A DNA stretch of 64,000 nt from an uncultured Bacteroidales bacterium. Its GTDB lineage: Bacteria; Bacteroidota; Bacteroidia; Bacteroidales; Bacteroidaceae. The position numbers and the translations under genes are program-made. Below the pieces are notes generated by a model. The model made no database searches. It saw nothing but the letters and a program-made list of their open reading frames with translations, and was not told the DNA's origin. Shown here one piece after another: positions 10,026-18,296 of the stretch. The first letter of the stretch is position 1. Each line of letters starts with the position of its first letter. The DNA is taken from positions 5,567-69,566 of the forward strand of contig CACYYM010000015.1 in NCBI GenBank assembly GCA_902778625.1. Direction: 5' to 3'.

Positions 10026-10185
10026 GACACGTTAAGTTGAATGACTCGACGTGATAGGATGATTCACGTGGCGTTTCAAGTTGTATGTTTCGACTGGTGG
10101 GGTCTCAATTTTTTCCGTTGTTTGTTTGCATTTCTCGCAAATGTTTACGAACTTTGCGTGCAGATAACCTAATTGTTCCGACAAG

Positions 10186-11727
10186 ATGAGACACTTCTTT
10201 TCGCTGTTTTTGCTTACGTTTTTTATGTTTTTTTCTACCTCGTTTTGCGAGGCGAAGGACAAGACAAAAAATGCTGAAGGACCTCGCAAAGTGCTTGTTC
10301 TGGCCGAACGGGGTGGTTTGCACGAGGGCTTTACTGCTGCCGGACTTGAATGGCTCGAACGTCAAAAAGAACGCTTCAACATGGAGCTGACGGTCCTGAA
10401 CACAGCCAACGAGATTCCCAAAGGCGAACTGCAGAAGTTTCAACTCATTTTGCAACTGAACTATCCGCCTTATGCGTGGAGCAAAGCAGCACAAAAAGAC
10501 ATGCAAACCTACATTGACAAAGGGCTTGGCGGATACATCGGCTTCCACCACGCAAGCTTGCTCGGCGAGTTCGACGGCTTTCCGATGTGGGATTGGTTCT
10601 CTGCCTTCTTGGGCAAGATACGCTATCAGAACTACATTGCCGACAAGTGCGACGGCAAAGTTCAACTCGAAGACAGAGAGCATCCGGTTTGTAAAGGCGT
10701 CCCCTATTCCTTTATAATAAAGGAAGATGAATGGTACACATATGATGTCAGCCCTCGCTAGAATGTTCATGTCCTTGCGAATGTAGATGAGAGCAGCTAC
10801 TCCATCGAGACAAACATAAAGATGGGCGACCATCCTGTTATCTGGACAAATCCATCGAAGAAGGCTCGTAATGTTTATTTCCAGTTTGGCCACAGCAAGT
10901 CGCTCTTCACGAATCAAGCTTTCATCAGGCTCTTCGAGAATGCAATAAGATGGACTTTGAATGACGAAGTTACCGCTTCGGAAAACAATGAATATCCTGC
11001 CAATTATGCTCGAGCACCGCGTTTCCGTGCCCTACTCCATTATGAGCCAGGAGCAGAAGAGGCGCATGTGCAGTTCGACAAGCAAGCCATCGAGTTCTTC
11101 CACAAACTGACATATGGCGAGGGTTGGCTCATGGATGTGACCACTTCGCTTGCCGATTATCCTTACGAGAGGCTGAAAGATTACTCCATTATAATCAGCT
11201 TGAATGCTGCTCCAGGCGGTAAAGCGCAGCGAGATGCCTTTGAGCAATACATGAAGAACGGTGGCGGATGGATTGGTTTCCACGCCTCCGCCTATAATGA
11301 CAGAAATACGCATTGGCCTTGGCTAAACGAGTTCTTGGGGTGCGGACCGTTTTATTGCAACAACTGGCCCCCGCAGCCAGCTTTGGTGGAATGTGATACG
11401 CAGGACCATCCGGTTACTTGTAGTTTGCCCAGCTCCTTTGTGGCACCTGCAAGTGAGTTCTATCAGTGGCAGCCAAGTCCACGAAAGAATCCCGATGTCG
11501 AAGTGCTGCTCTCCATCTCGCAAAAGATGTATCCTTTCGGCTTAAAGGATGTCGTGAACTTTGGCGACTTTCCGATTGTGTGGACAAACAAGAAATATCG
11601 GATGATTTATCTTAACATGGGACACGGCGACGAAGGCTTCATCGATGCGACACAAAACCTTCTCTTTGTGAATGCGTTTCGTTGGGTTGTAAGTCGAGAC
11701 CCGAAAGGCGACCCGTTTCAAAAGTAG
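10186..11727 (+). pseudogene. double ThuA-domain protein interrupted by one in-frame TAG (10759-10761)
   Basis: ORFs 10186..10761 and 10822..11727 share a reading frame. Translation across the gap reads ...YTYDVSPR*NVHVLANVDESSYSIETNIKMGDHPVIWT..., with no other stop, and the stop falls inside the first ThuA-like domain. Confidence 0.7.
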
Positions 11728-11735
11728 AGACAAAC

Positions 11736-11776
11736 AATAAGGCGCTGCCAACTTGGGCAACGCCTTATTCCTTTAT
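11736..11776 (+). terminator. hairpin terminator after the ThuA-like gene
   Basis: aataaggcg...cgccttatt 9-bp stem followed by cctttat. Confidence 0.5.
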
Positions 11777-11791
11777 ATAATATATAATGTA

Positions 11792-12250
11792 TTAACGCAG
11801 TCGGTCGAGCGAGCGAACCAACATCTCATCCTTCAATATGCCTCGGAATGCGAGGTATAGCAAGATAAGAGCTGCTGCAGGAAGAGCCGCTGTCCAATGT
11901 GGTCGCCAAGTGGCTGGCATACTTGTCGTAAGCATATAACAGATGATGCCATAAGCTATATACCAAGCTACGAGCAATATCATGCAGAATGTTGCCAAAC
12001 GCATTTGAAGGGCACGATGCTTGTAGAACCAGATGTCCATGAACACAAAGGCGCTCGTAATGACGAGAATGCCCATCATGACTGGACAGAAGTAGAACAG
12101 ATGCTGACCTTCCGAGACGAGCCACAAGTTATACATATCCGCTGTCTCCATGCTCTCGCTCGACATAAAATGAGCGATAGGCATACAGAGGCAACCAATG
12201 CAACAAGCAAAGGCTGCAAGAAGATAGAGTGTCTGAATGCGTTGAATCAT
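11792..12250 (-). CDS. DUF4293-type polytopic membrane protein
   Basis: MIQRIQTLYLLAAF... N-terminus and four TM segments, as in the Bacteroidetes DUF4293 family. Confidence 0.65.
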   Translation of the reverse strand: MIQRIQTLYLLAAFACCIGCLCMPIAHFMSSESMETADMYNLWLVSEGQHLFYFCPVMMGILVITSAFVFMDIWFYKHRALQMRLATFCMILLVAWYIAYGIICYMLTTSMPATWRPHWTAALPAAALILLYLAFRGILKDEMLVRSLDRLR

Positions 12251-12253
12251 TGC

Positions 12254-12589
12254 TTAATCGAGCAATGTTGCCTCTTTACTTGGGTTGCGATAGTAAATCT
12301 TGCCGTCGATAAACTCCTGTGTTGCTATAAGAGTTGCCTTGGGAAGTTTCTCGTAGTAACGGCTTATCTCGATCTGTTCGCGGTTCTCGAAGACCTCGTC
12401 CAAATTGTCTTGTGTGCTTGCGAACTCAGAGAGCTTCTTGCTCAACTCCTGCTTGATGTCGGCAGAAATCTGGTTAGCACGCTTACCGATGATAACGACG
12501 CTTTCGTAGATGTTGCCTGTTTCTTCGCAAAGGCTCATGGGGTCACGGTTAACGGTGTCGTTTGGGGCTTGTGTTTTCTTGTAATCCAT
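12254..12589 (-). CDS. rpoZ: RNA polymerase omega subunit (Bacteroidetes long form)
   Basis: 111 aa. GNIYESVVIIGKRANQIS core and REQIEISRYYEKLPK. Lies directly downstream of bamD, the usual Bacteroidetes arrangement. Confidence 0.6.
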   Translation of the reverse strand: MDYKKTQAPNDTVNRDPMSLCEETGNIYESVVIIGKRANQISADIKQELSKKLSEFASTQDNLDEVFENREQIEISRYYEKLPKATLIATQEFIDGKIYYRNPSKEATLLD

Positions 12590-12619
12590 AATATAATTTA
12601 CAATTTGTATATTTGCTGT

Positions 12620-13501
12620 TTAATGTTTCTTCATTTCATCCTCGTCTTCCTTCAGTATCACGCCTTTCCTTGCAACAATGCGCTCCGAGTGGCTTAAGAT
12701 GGACTGCGCTTCCTTCAAGTATTCGCTTTCAGGGAAGTCGTTTTGGAAGGAATAGTACTCGTCGATTGTATCGCGAAAACGTTCCACTCGCTTCTCTTCC
12801 ACGCTTTGCCGAGCCAGTTGGTACTTTGCTCTCAATGACAGGAAGGAAAGGTCTTCGCGAAGCTTCGCAGAAGCATAGGGATAATCCTTCAACGCATTCT
12901 GAGCCGTAACGAAGCAAGCCTCGTAGTTGTTGCCGCCATAGATGCTGTTGAGGGTATAGGTGCCAAGGTCGTAATAAAGTTTTGCCGACTGATATTCCTT
13001 TTTGACAAGCTTGTCCTGCATGTCGAAGATTATCTCGTGAACCTGCTCTTTCAGCGTTGTTTCAGGGCAATAGTCGAGGAAACTCTGAAACTCCTTGATG
13101 GCTTCCATTGTGCTCGACTGGTCGAGACGAATGTCTGGTGTTTGCTTGTAGAGAGCATAGCCACTATTGAAGCGAGCAAGCTCCATGTATTGACCCTTGG
13201 GATATGTCTGATAATATTTCTTGAAGTACAAGACAGCCGACTCGTAGTCCCTTGCCTTAAGATTGCTTTCGCCAAGCATGTAAAGGCTTTCCTCACCATA
13301 CGAAGTGCCTTTCAAAGGTATCAGCAACAAGCTGAAAAGCTCTGAGGCCTGACGATAATGACCTTCTGCATAAAGGGCTTTGGCTGCCTCATATTTGTAC
13401 TCATAGTCGTTGCTCTTGAGCACGTTAGAGTACTCGCTGCAAGCAGCAAGCATCATCAATGCACAAAGCAAAGGCAGGAATAGAAGTCGACATTTACTCA
13501 T
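12620..13501 (-). CDS. bamD: outer membrane assembly lipoprotein BamD/YfiO (TPR)
   Basis: ORF 12620..13765. Start moved to MSKCRLLFLPLLCALMMLAACS (lipobox) at 13501, which removes the overlap with the GH130 gene. TPR-like repeats follow. Confidence 0.8.
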   Translation of the reverse strand: MSKCRLLFLPLLCALMMLAACSEYSNVLKSNDYEYKYEAAKALYAEGHYRQASELFSLLLIPLKGTSYGEESLYMLGESNLKARDYESAVLYFKKYYQTYPKGQYMELARFNSGYALYKQTPDIRLDQSSTMEAIKEFQSFLDYCPETTLKEQVHEIIFDMQDKLVKKEYQSAKLYYDLGTYTLNSIYGGNNYEACFVTAQNALKDYPYASAKLREDLSFLSLRAKYQLARQSVEEKRVERFRDTIDEYYSFQNDFPESEYLKEAQSILSHSERIVARKGVILKEDEDEMKKH

Positions 13502-13577
13502 ATCAGGGCGCAAATGTACTACTTTTTGTGTTCTCTGCCAAAAATGACAGAAGAAAAAAGTGCTTATAGCACCTTTT

Positions 13578-14735
13578 TTAATGTTTCTTTGCTTTTGCAG
13601 GGTCGTAAATTGCCATTCCGACGAACGAATCGGCGCATCCGTAGTAGAGATACCACTTGCCTTTATAGGGCACAAGTCCTTCGACGAAAACTGTTCCAGA
13701 AGGATACTGTCCGCTCTTCTCGAAGTCGTCTTCTGGATAGAAGAATGGCTCGTCCAGTCGATCAAGGAGTTTCGTCGGATCTTTCAAAGAGAAGAGAGCC
13801 TGGCCTGCGCAATAAGCACCTGAAGCAAAGCGCTGGTCGCCATTCTCGCCGCCACGGTTCTTGCCGTTATAGAAGAGCATGATGCCTTTCTTTGTCATAA
13901 TGGCTGGCGGACCACATTCCACAAGCTGACTGTCGAAGTAACCTTTTCTTGTGTCCATGACATGCAAGAGTTTACCATCTGGAGCAAGCATTGGTGTCCA
14001 ATGAATAAGGTCGTCGCTGGTTGCAATATTGACAAAGTTCTCGCCCCAATACATCATATACTTGCCCTTGATGCGAGCAATAACTTGTTTGCCATTCTTT
14101 ATCTTAGTTACGATTGAGCCGGACTTCGAGTAGCCTTTGCTAAGTTGGTTTTTGTGGTCATCGGAGAAGATTGGACCATGCTTCGTCCAATGCACAAGGT
14201 CTCTTGAAGTGGCAACACTCAGTCGAGCCAGTTTGTGGTTCCAACTTGTATATGTCATTACATAAAGTCCATCCTCGGTCATGCAGACTCTCGGATCTTC
14301 GCAACCACCAGGAGCATCGAAGTCTTTCCATTCGTCATCACCAGGGAAGAGGACTGGAGCACCATGATGCTGGAAGTGAATGCCATCTTCGCTGAAAGCA
14401 TAGCCAATTCGAGAGGTCCTCGAACCAATGCCTTGGGCAATGTTGTCTTCAGCTCGATAAAGAAGCGCAATGCCGCCATTGAAGACGGTTGCAGCTGGGT
14501 TGAATGTCTCGCTATTTTCCCATTGTGCTACCCTGCCCCACATTGGACAGAAGAAGCGGCTGGTCGTATCAGGACGAACGATTGGATTGGCTCCAACAGG
14601 TCGCTCAAAACCTAACCAAGCCCACTTCTTTTCAGTGTTAGGAACTTTCTGTGCTTGAGCAAGGAAGACAGAAGAGGATAGAAGAAGGCAGAGGAAGATA
14701 AAATACGACAGTCTTGGAAGCAAACTGCTTTTCAT
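13578..14735 (-). CDS. GH130-family glycosidase, secreted (signal peptide present)
   Basis: Five-bladed-propeller family motifs FNPAATVFNGGIALLYRAED and GGCEDPR. The N-terminal signal peptide suggests the hydrolase rather than phosphorylase subgroup. Confidence 0.7.
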   Translation of the reverse strand: MKSSLLPRLSYFIFLCLLLSSSVFLAQAQKVPNTEKKWAWLGFERPVGANPIVRPDTTSRFFCPMWGRVAQWENSETFNPAATVFNGGIALLYRAEDNIAQGIGSRTSRIGYAFSEDGIHFQHHGAPVLFPGDDEWKDFDAPGGCEDPRVCMTEDGLYVMTYTSWNHKLARLSVATSRDLVHWTKHGPIFSDDHKNQLSKGYSKSGSIVTKIKNGKQVIARIKGKYMMYWGENFVNIATSDDLIHWTPMLAPDGKLLHVMDTRKGYFDSQLVECGPPAIMTKKGIMLFYNGKNRGGENGDQRFASGAYCAGQALFSLKDPTKLLDRLDEPFFYPEDDFEKSGQYPSGTVFVEGLVPYKGKWYLYYGCADSFVGMAIYDPAKAKKH

Positions 14736-14748
14736 TTCGAATTTTGAA

Positions 14749-15339
14749 TTAAATTTGAATTGCTATGGTATAAACATAGCCCATGTATGGGTTCTCTATA
14801 GTTTGAAGTTCGATGCCTTGTAGTTTGTCTGGTTTGAGAACAGAGTGCAGGTCGTCAACTATGCCGGTCCCTTTCAACTTCAGAACCGCCTCTTTCTGTG
14901 TCCAGATCCGAGTGAAAGCGACATCTGGGAAAGGGTTGGAGAAGATGCTTTCTGCTTCTTCAGGGCTCATTGTATGTCGAACGAGGTCGGGTTTTGCCGT
15001 ACGAATGCGTTCAATGTCCAAGCCACAAGGCCGATTGCTGACAAAGCACCCAACAGCTTCTTTGCAATGACTGATGCTGAAGTGAATGTCGGGATGTTCT
15101 TTCAGGTAAGGTTTGCCGTGTTCGTTATAGGCAAAGGCAGGCATTTCATTAATGTTGAAGCGTTCGCAAAGCCCTCGTAGGAGCTCGACATAACCGATGG
15201 CACACTCCTTTCTGCCCTGCAATTGCTTGTAGCGCAAAGCCTGTTCCCGTCGCCATTCAGGCAACGAATTGATGAGCCGCTCTGTCTGTTCTTCGTTCAG
15301 GTCGGCAATATGGTCGTTAAGACAAAGGATGTACTTCAA
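14749..15339 (-). CDS. 4'-phosphopantetheinyl transferase (Sfp-type)
   Basis: FSISHC, GLDIE and WTQKEAVLK motifs. Confidence 0.8.
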   Translation of the reverse strand: MKYILCLNDHIADLNEEQTERLINSLPEWRREQALRYKQLQGRKECAIGYVELLRGLCERFNINEMPAFAYNEHGKPYLKEHPDIHFSISHCKEAVGCFVSNRPCGLDIERIRTAKPDLVRHTMSPEEAESIFSNPFPDVAFTRIWTQKEAVLKLKGTGIVDDLHSVLKPDKLQGIELQTIENPYMGYVYTIAIQI

Positions 15340-15365
15340 CCTTTCAACTATTTACCTTTTCACCT

Positions 15366-15641
15366 TTAAGTGTACGACGGCTTGTCTGTTTCCTCAACGA
15401 AAGCTGCGTCGTGATGGCCTGTCATGTGCCAACAGATAGCGCACTTTCTTCCTGGAGGCAGAGCAAGCCAAGCCTTTGTGACCTCTCTCGGATCAGCATC
15501 TTTGTTGCCTAACAACTTAAGAGCCAAGTGTTCACGCGTGTTCTTTGCTTCAATGTTACGAAGTGGACGGATGGGAAGTCCTACGAACCATTCATCAGCA
15601 AAAGCCTCAGTAACGTCGCTGCATTTTTCTGGAATTTTCAT
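15366..15641 (-). CDS. hypothetical 91-aa protein
   Basis: ORF only, tightly spaced in a co-directional gene row. No family recognised. Confidence 0.35.
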   Translation of the reverse strand: MKIPEKCSDVTEAFADEWFVGLPIRPLRNIEAKNTREHLALKLLGNKDADPREVTKAWLALPPGRKCAICWHMTGHHDAAFVEETDKPSYT

Positions 15642-15653
15642 GATTGTTATGTT

Positions 15654-16520
15654 TTAGTTGGTTAATAAATGTATCACTCTAATGCCCGTTTGGACAGGGT
15701 GTTTCTGCATGTATTCATAAAGCGTCATGGGTTCGAGCACGACTTTCTTGTGGATGCTGCTGGCATTGAGCAGATGCAATTTGCCGTCCTTTCCCCAAAC
15801 GGCAAAGCCTACGTGACTTACATCCAGGCCTTTCTTGTTTGTGGTGATGGCAATGATGTCGCCGTCCTTGACGCAGCTGAGCACCTTCTTGCTGTCCCCT
15901 ACCCGGTCCTTTGGAATATAACGGACAGTTGCTCCCGTCACGCGTTTCTCCATCTCGGCAATGAGTTTGCGCTCTTCCATGTTGACTTTGAGCAAGGGAT
16001 AAGAGTCAGGGTGCTCGCTCATATAGGTCAGGCTGAGTTTCATCGGCACAGAGATGCTGGTGGGAGGCACGATTTCCTTTACCAGGCCGAGCTTCGTGCC
16101 CGACTGAATCCATTGGCTAAAGTAGTGATTGCGACTCTTGTAGCCATCTATCTTGCCTGCATCGTAACGCAACTTTTGCAGCCAGGCAAGGTAGTCCTTC
16201 CAGCTCTTGCTGCCGTGACTTGTCGTGAGAGCAAGCGCACAGCAATTCTCAACTAGAGTGGTGCAGTCGAGGCTTTGCAGATTGATGGCAAGATGCTCCT
16301 CCATATCCTTAATTTCGAGCGTGTGAGCCACATAAGGACGGTTCATCAATTGCTTCGCATAGAACAATGTAAGCGGTTCATTTGCAGGTGCTTTTGCTCC
16401 AAGCTTCAACAGCTCAACAACTCGAAGGCTGTCCTCCTTTGTGTAGCTTACTTCCTGAGCTTGAGCACAGAAGATAAAGGAAGATAGAAGAGGAAAGATA
16501 TAGGACAATAGTCTTTTCAT
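15654..16520 (-). CDS. DUF1460-type secreted protein (amidase/transglutaminase-like fold family)
   Basis: Signal peptide. Overall resemblance to DUF1460 proteins. Lies immediately upstream of ampG. Confidence 0.55.
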   Translation of the reverse strand: MKRLLSYIFPLLSSFIFCAQAQEVSYTKEDSLRVVELLKLGAKAPANEPLTLFYAKQLMNRPYVAHTLEIKDMEEHLAINLQSLDCTTLVENCCALALTTSHGSKSWKDYLAWLQKLRYDAGKIDGYKSRNHYFSQWIQSGTKLGLVKEIVPPTSISVPMKLSLTYMSEHPDSYPLLKVNMEERKLIAEMEKRVTGATVRYIPKDRVGDSKKVLSCVKDGDIIAITTNKKGLDVSHVGFAVWGKDGKLHLLNASSIHKKVVLEPMTLYEYMQKHPVQTGIRVIHLLTN

Positions 16521-16547
16521 ATTCTCTAAACTCTAAACTCTAAACAT

Positions 16548-17798
16548 TCAACTTTCCTCTGGCAGATGAAGCATTGCAGTAACTGCGAAGGTAACAAGGC
16601 AGAAGCCCATCACGGCGATGAAGAACTGCTGATAGCCCATCTGGTCGGACATCCAGCCGCTCACCATACCTGGCAACATCACGCCGCCAAGGTACTGAAA
16701 GGCTGTGCAGAACGAGAAGACAGAGGTGCTTCGCTCGCCATGAGAGAAGCTGACGAGGTAAAGCGTGTAAGCCGTAAAACCTAGTCCGTAGCCCACTTGT
16801 TCGATGAAGACGCAGGTTGCGATGAGCGGCAGGCTTTGCGACTGAATGTAGCTCAGATAGACATAAACGATATCGGGCAAGGTAATGCAAAGCACGAGCG
16901 GCCAAAGCATTTTCTTCAAGCCGAACTTCGAGACGAGCCAGCCGCCTACGATGCCGCCGCCAAGCAGTCCGATGACACCTAAAGTGCCATAGACAAAGCC
17001 GTACTGAACATCCGTCAGCGCCAGTCCGCCCTCAGCAATAGTACGCTTCAGGAAGAGCGGCACAATCTTCGTCAGCAAGCCCTCAGGCAAGCGGAAAAGC
17101 AGGATGAAGAGCAGAGCCGTGATGAGGTGCGGCTTGGTGAAGAAGACCTTCAACGTCAATCCGAAGTCTTCGAGGATGTTCAGTTTCTCTCCTTTTGGTG
17201 AGTCAGAATCGGGCTTGGGCAATGCTTTCCAATGATAAGCCGCAAGCATCAGCATCAGGCCAGCAACGGCGAGAAAAGTGATGCTCCACGACAGAGGAAT
17301 GCTCATCTCGCTCTTCTGCAAAAGGCCTGCCAGCATGACCAGACCGCCCTGCCCCAGCACCATTCCGATGCGATAGAAGGTGTTGCGAAGGCCTACATAG
17401 AGTTCCTGGTCTTTATTGGTGAGGCCGAGGATGTAGAAACCATCGGCACAGATGTCGTGAGTGGCGCTGCTGAAGGCAATCAGCATGAAGAGGGCAAGCG
17501 AGCATTGCAGCCAAAAGCTGGTGGGCAGCGTGAAGGCAAGCAAAGCAAGTGAAGCTCCGATGAGCAGCTGCATGGCGAGAATCCACCAACGCTTCGTCTT
17601 GATGCCGTCCACGACAGGGCTCCAAAGGGGCTTAATCACCCAAGGCAGCCCGAGCCAGCCCGTATAGAGCGTGATTTGCGTGTCGGTCAAACCCATCTCC
17701 TGATAGAGGACGAGCGACATCAGCATTACGGCTGCGTAAGGAAGCGATTCGCCCAGATACAGACTGGGCACCCATTGAAGCGGTTTTGTCGTTTTCAT
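16548..17798 (-). CDS. ampG: AmpG-family muropeptide MFS transporter
   Basis: 416 aa, 12+ TM. N-terminal PSLYLGESLPYAAV and LGLPWVIKPLWSP motifs of AmpG. Confidence 0.8.
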   Translation of the reverse strand: MKTTKPLQWVPSLYLGESLPYAAVMLMSLVLYQEMGLTDTQITLYTGWLGLPWVIKPLWSPVVDGIKTKRWWILAMQLLIGASLALLAFTLPTSFWLQCSLALFMLIAFSSATHDICADGFYILGLTNKDQELYVGLRNTFYRIGMVLGQGGLVMLAGLLQKSEMSIPLSWSITFLAVAGLMLMLAAYHWKALPKPDSDSPKGEKLNILEDFGLTLKVFFTKPHLITALLFILLFRLPEGLLTKIVPLFLKRTIAEGGLALTDVQYGFVYGTLGVIGLLGGGIVGGWLVSKFGLKKMLWPLVLCITLPDIVYVYLSYIQSQSLPLIATCVFIEQVGYGLGFTAYTLYLVSFSHGERSTSVFSFCTAFQYLGGVMLPGMVSGWMSDQMGYQQFFIAVMGFCLVTFAVTAMLHLPEES

Positions 17799-17818
17799 GT
17801 AATTTCGTATTTATGGCA

Positions 17819-17826
17819 CAAAGTTA
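17819..17826 (-). promoter_or_regulatory. -7 box TAACTTTG for ampG
   Basis: caaagtta on the + strand, 21 nt upstream of start 17798. Confidence 0.5.
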
Positions 17827-17929
17827 CACAAAAAAGCGGAGAAAACAAAAAAGAAGGCCGATTTTTGCAATCATACCGTAATTTTGAGTAAAATGCAGCA
17901 CGGTGAAAGTTTCGCGCCCTGTGTCGTAA

Positions 17930-17972
17930 TTGACAAGTTAACGCGTTGAGGGGGGCAAGTTAACGCGTTGTA
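17930..17972. repeat. two copies of (g)acaagttaacgcgttg, ~22-bp period
   Basis: Read directly. Member of the ACG(T/C)G-core intergenic family. Confidence 0.7.
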
Positions 17973-18077
17973 TTTACGTTTATGCTGCCTAAAACAACCT
18001 CATTTCCCGTGTTTCCGGCATGTCCGACTTCGTCCGTTTTGCTAACTGACTGATATTCAATGGCACTTACTCAAAAG

Positions 18078-18293
18078 TGTGACAATGTGACAGTGTGACA
18101 TGTGACAATAAGGTGGTTCCGGATAGTCCATTTTCCTGGAATGCCCATCAGTAAAGGGTTATACTATATATTATTATAGTATATATATTTAATATATTAA
18201 TATATAATAACTTAATAACTTACGTTATACTACACCCTTGTATGCAATGTGGAACCTCCTTAATGTCACATGTCACAATGTCACAATGTCACA
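18078..18293. repeat. 43-bp imperfect inverted repeats built from tgtgaca heptamers, flanking a 130-bp AT-rich core
   Basis: Left arm tgtgacaatgtgacagtgtgacatgtgacaataaggtggttcc (18078-18120). Right arm ggaacctccttaatgtcacatgtcacaatgtcacaatgtcaca (18251-18293). The element abuts the stop codon at 18297. Confidence 0.9.
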
Positions 18294-18296
18294 AAA

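Noticed and set aside
13502-13765. 88-codon N-terminal extension of the BamD ORF overlapping the GH130 gene
   Set aside because: An internal Met at 13501 gives a canonical lipoprotein signal (LAAC). The extension has no signal features and overlaps the 3' end of the convergently read upstream CDS.
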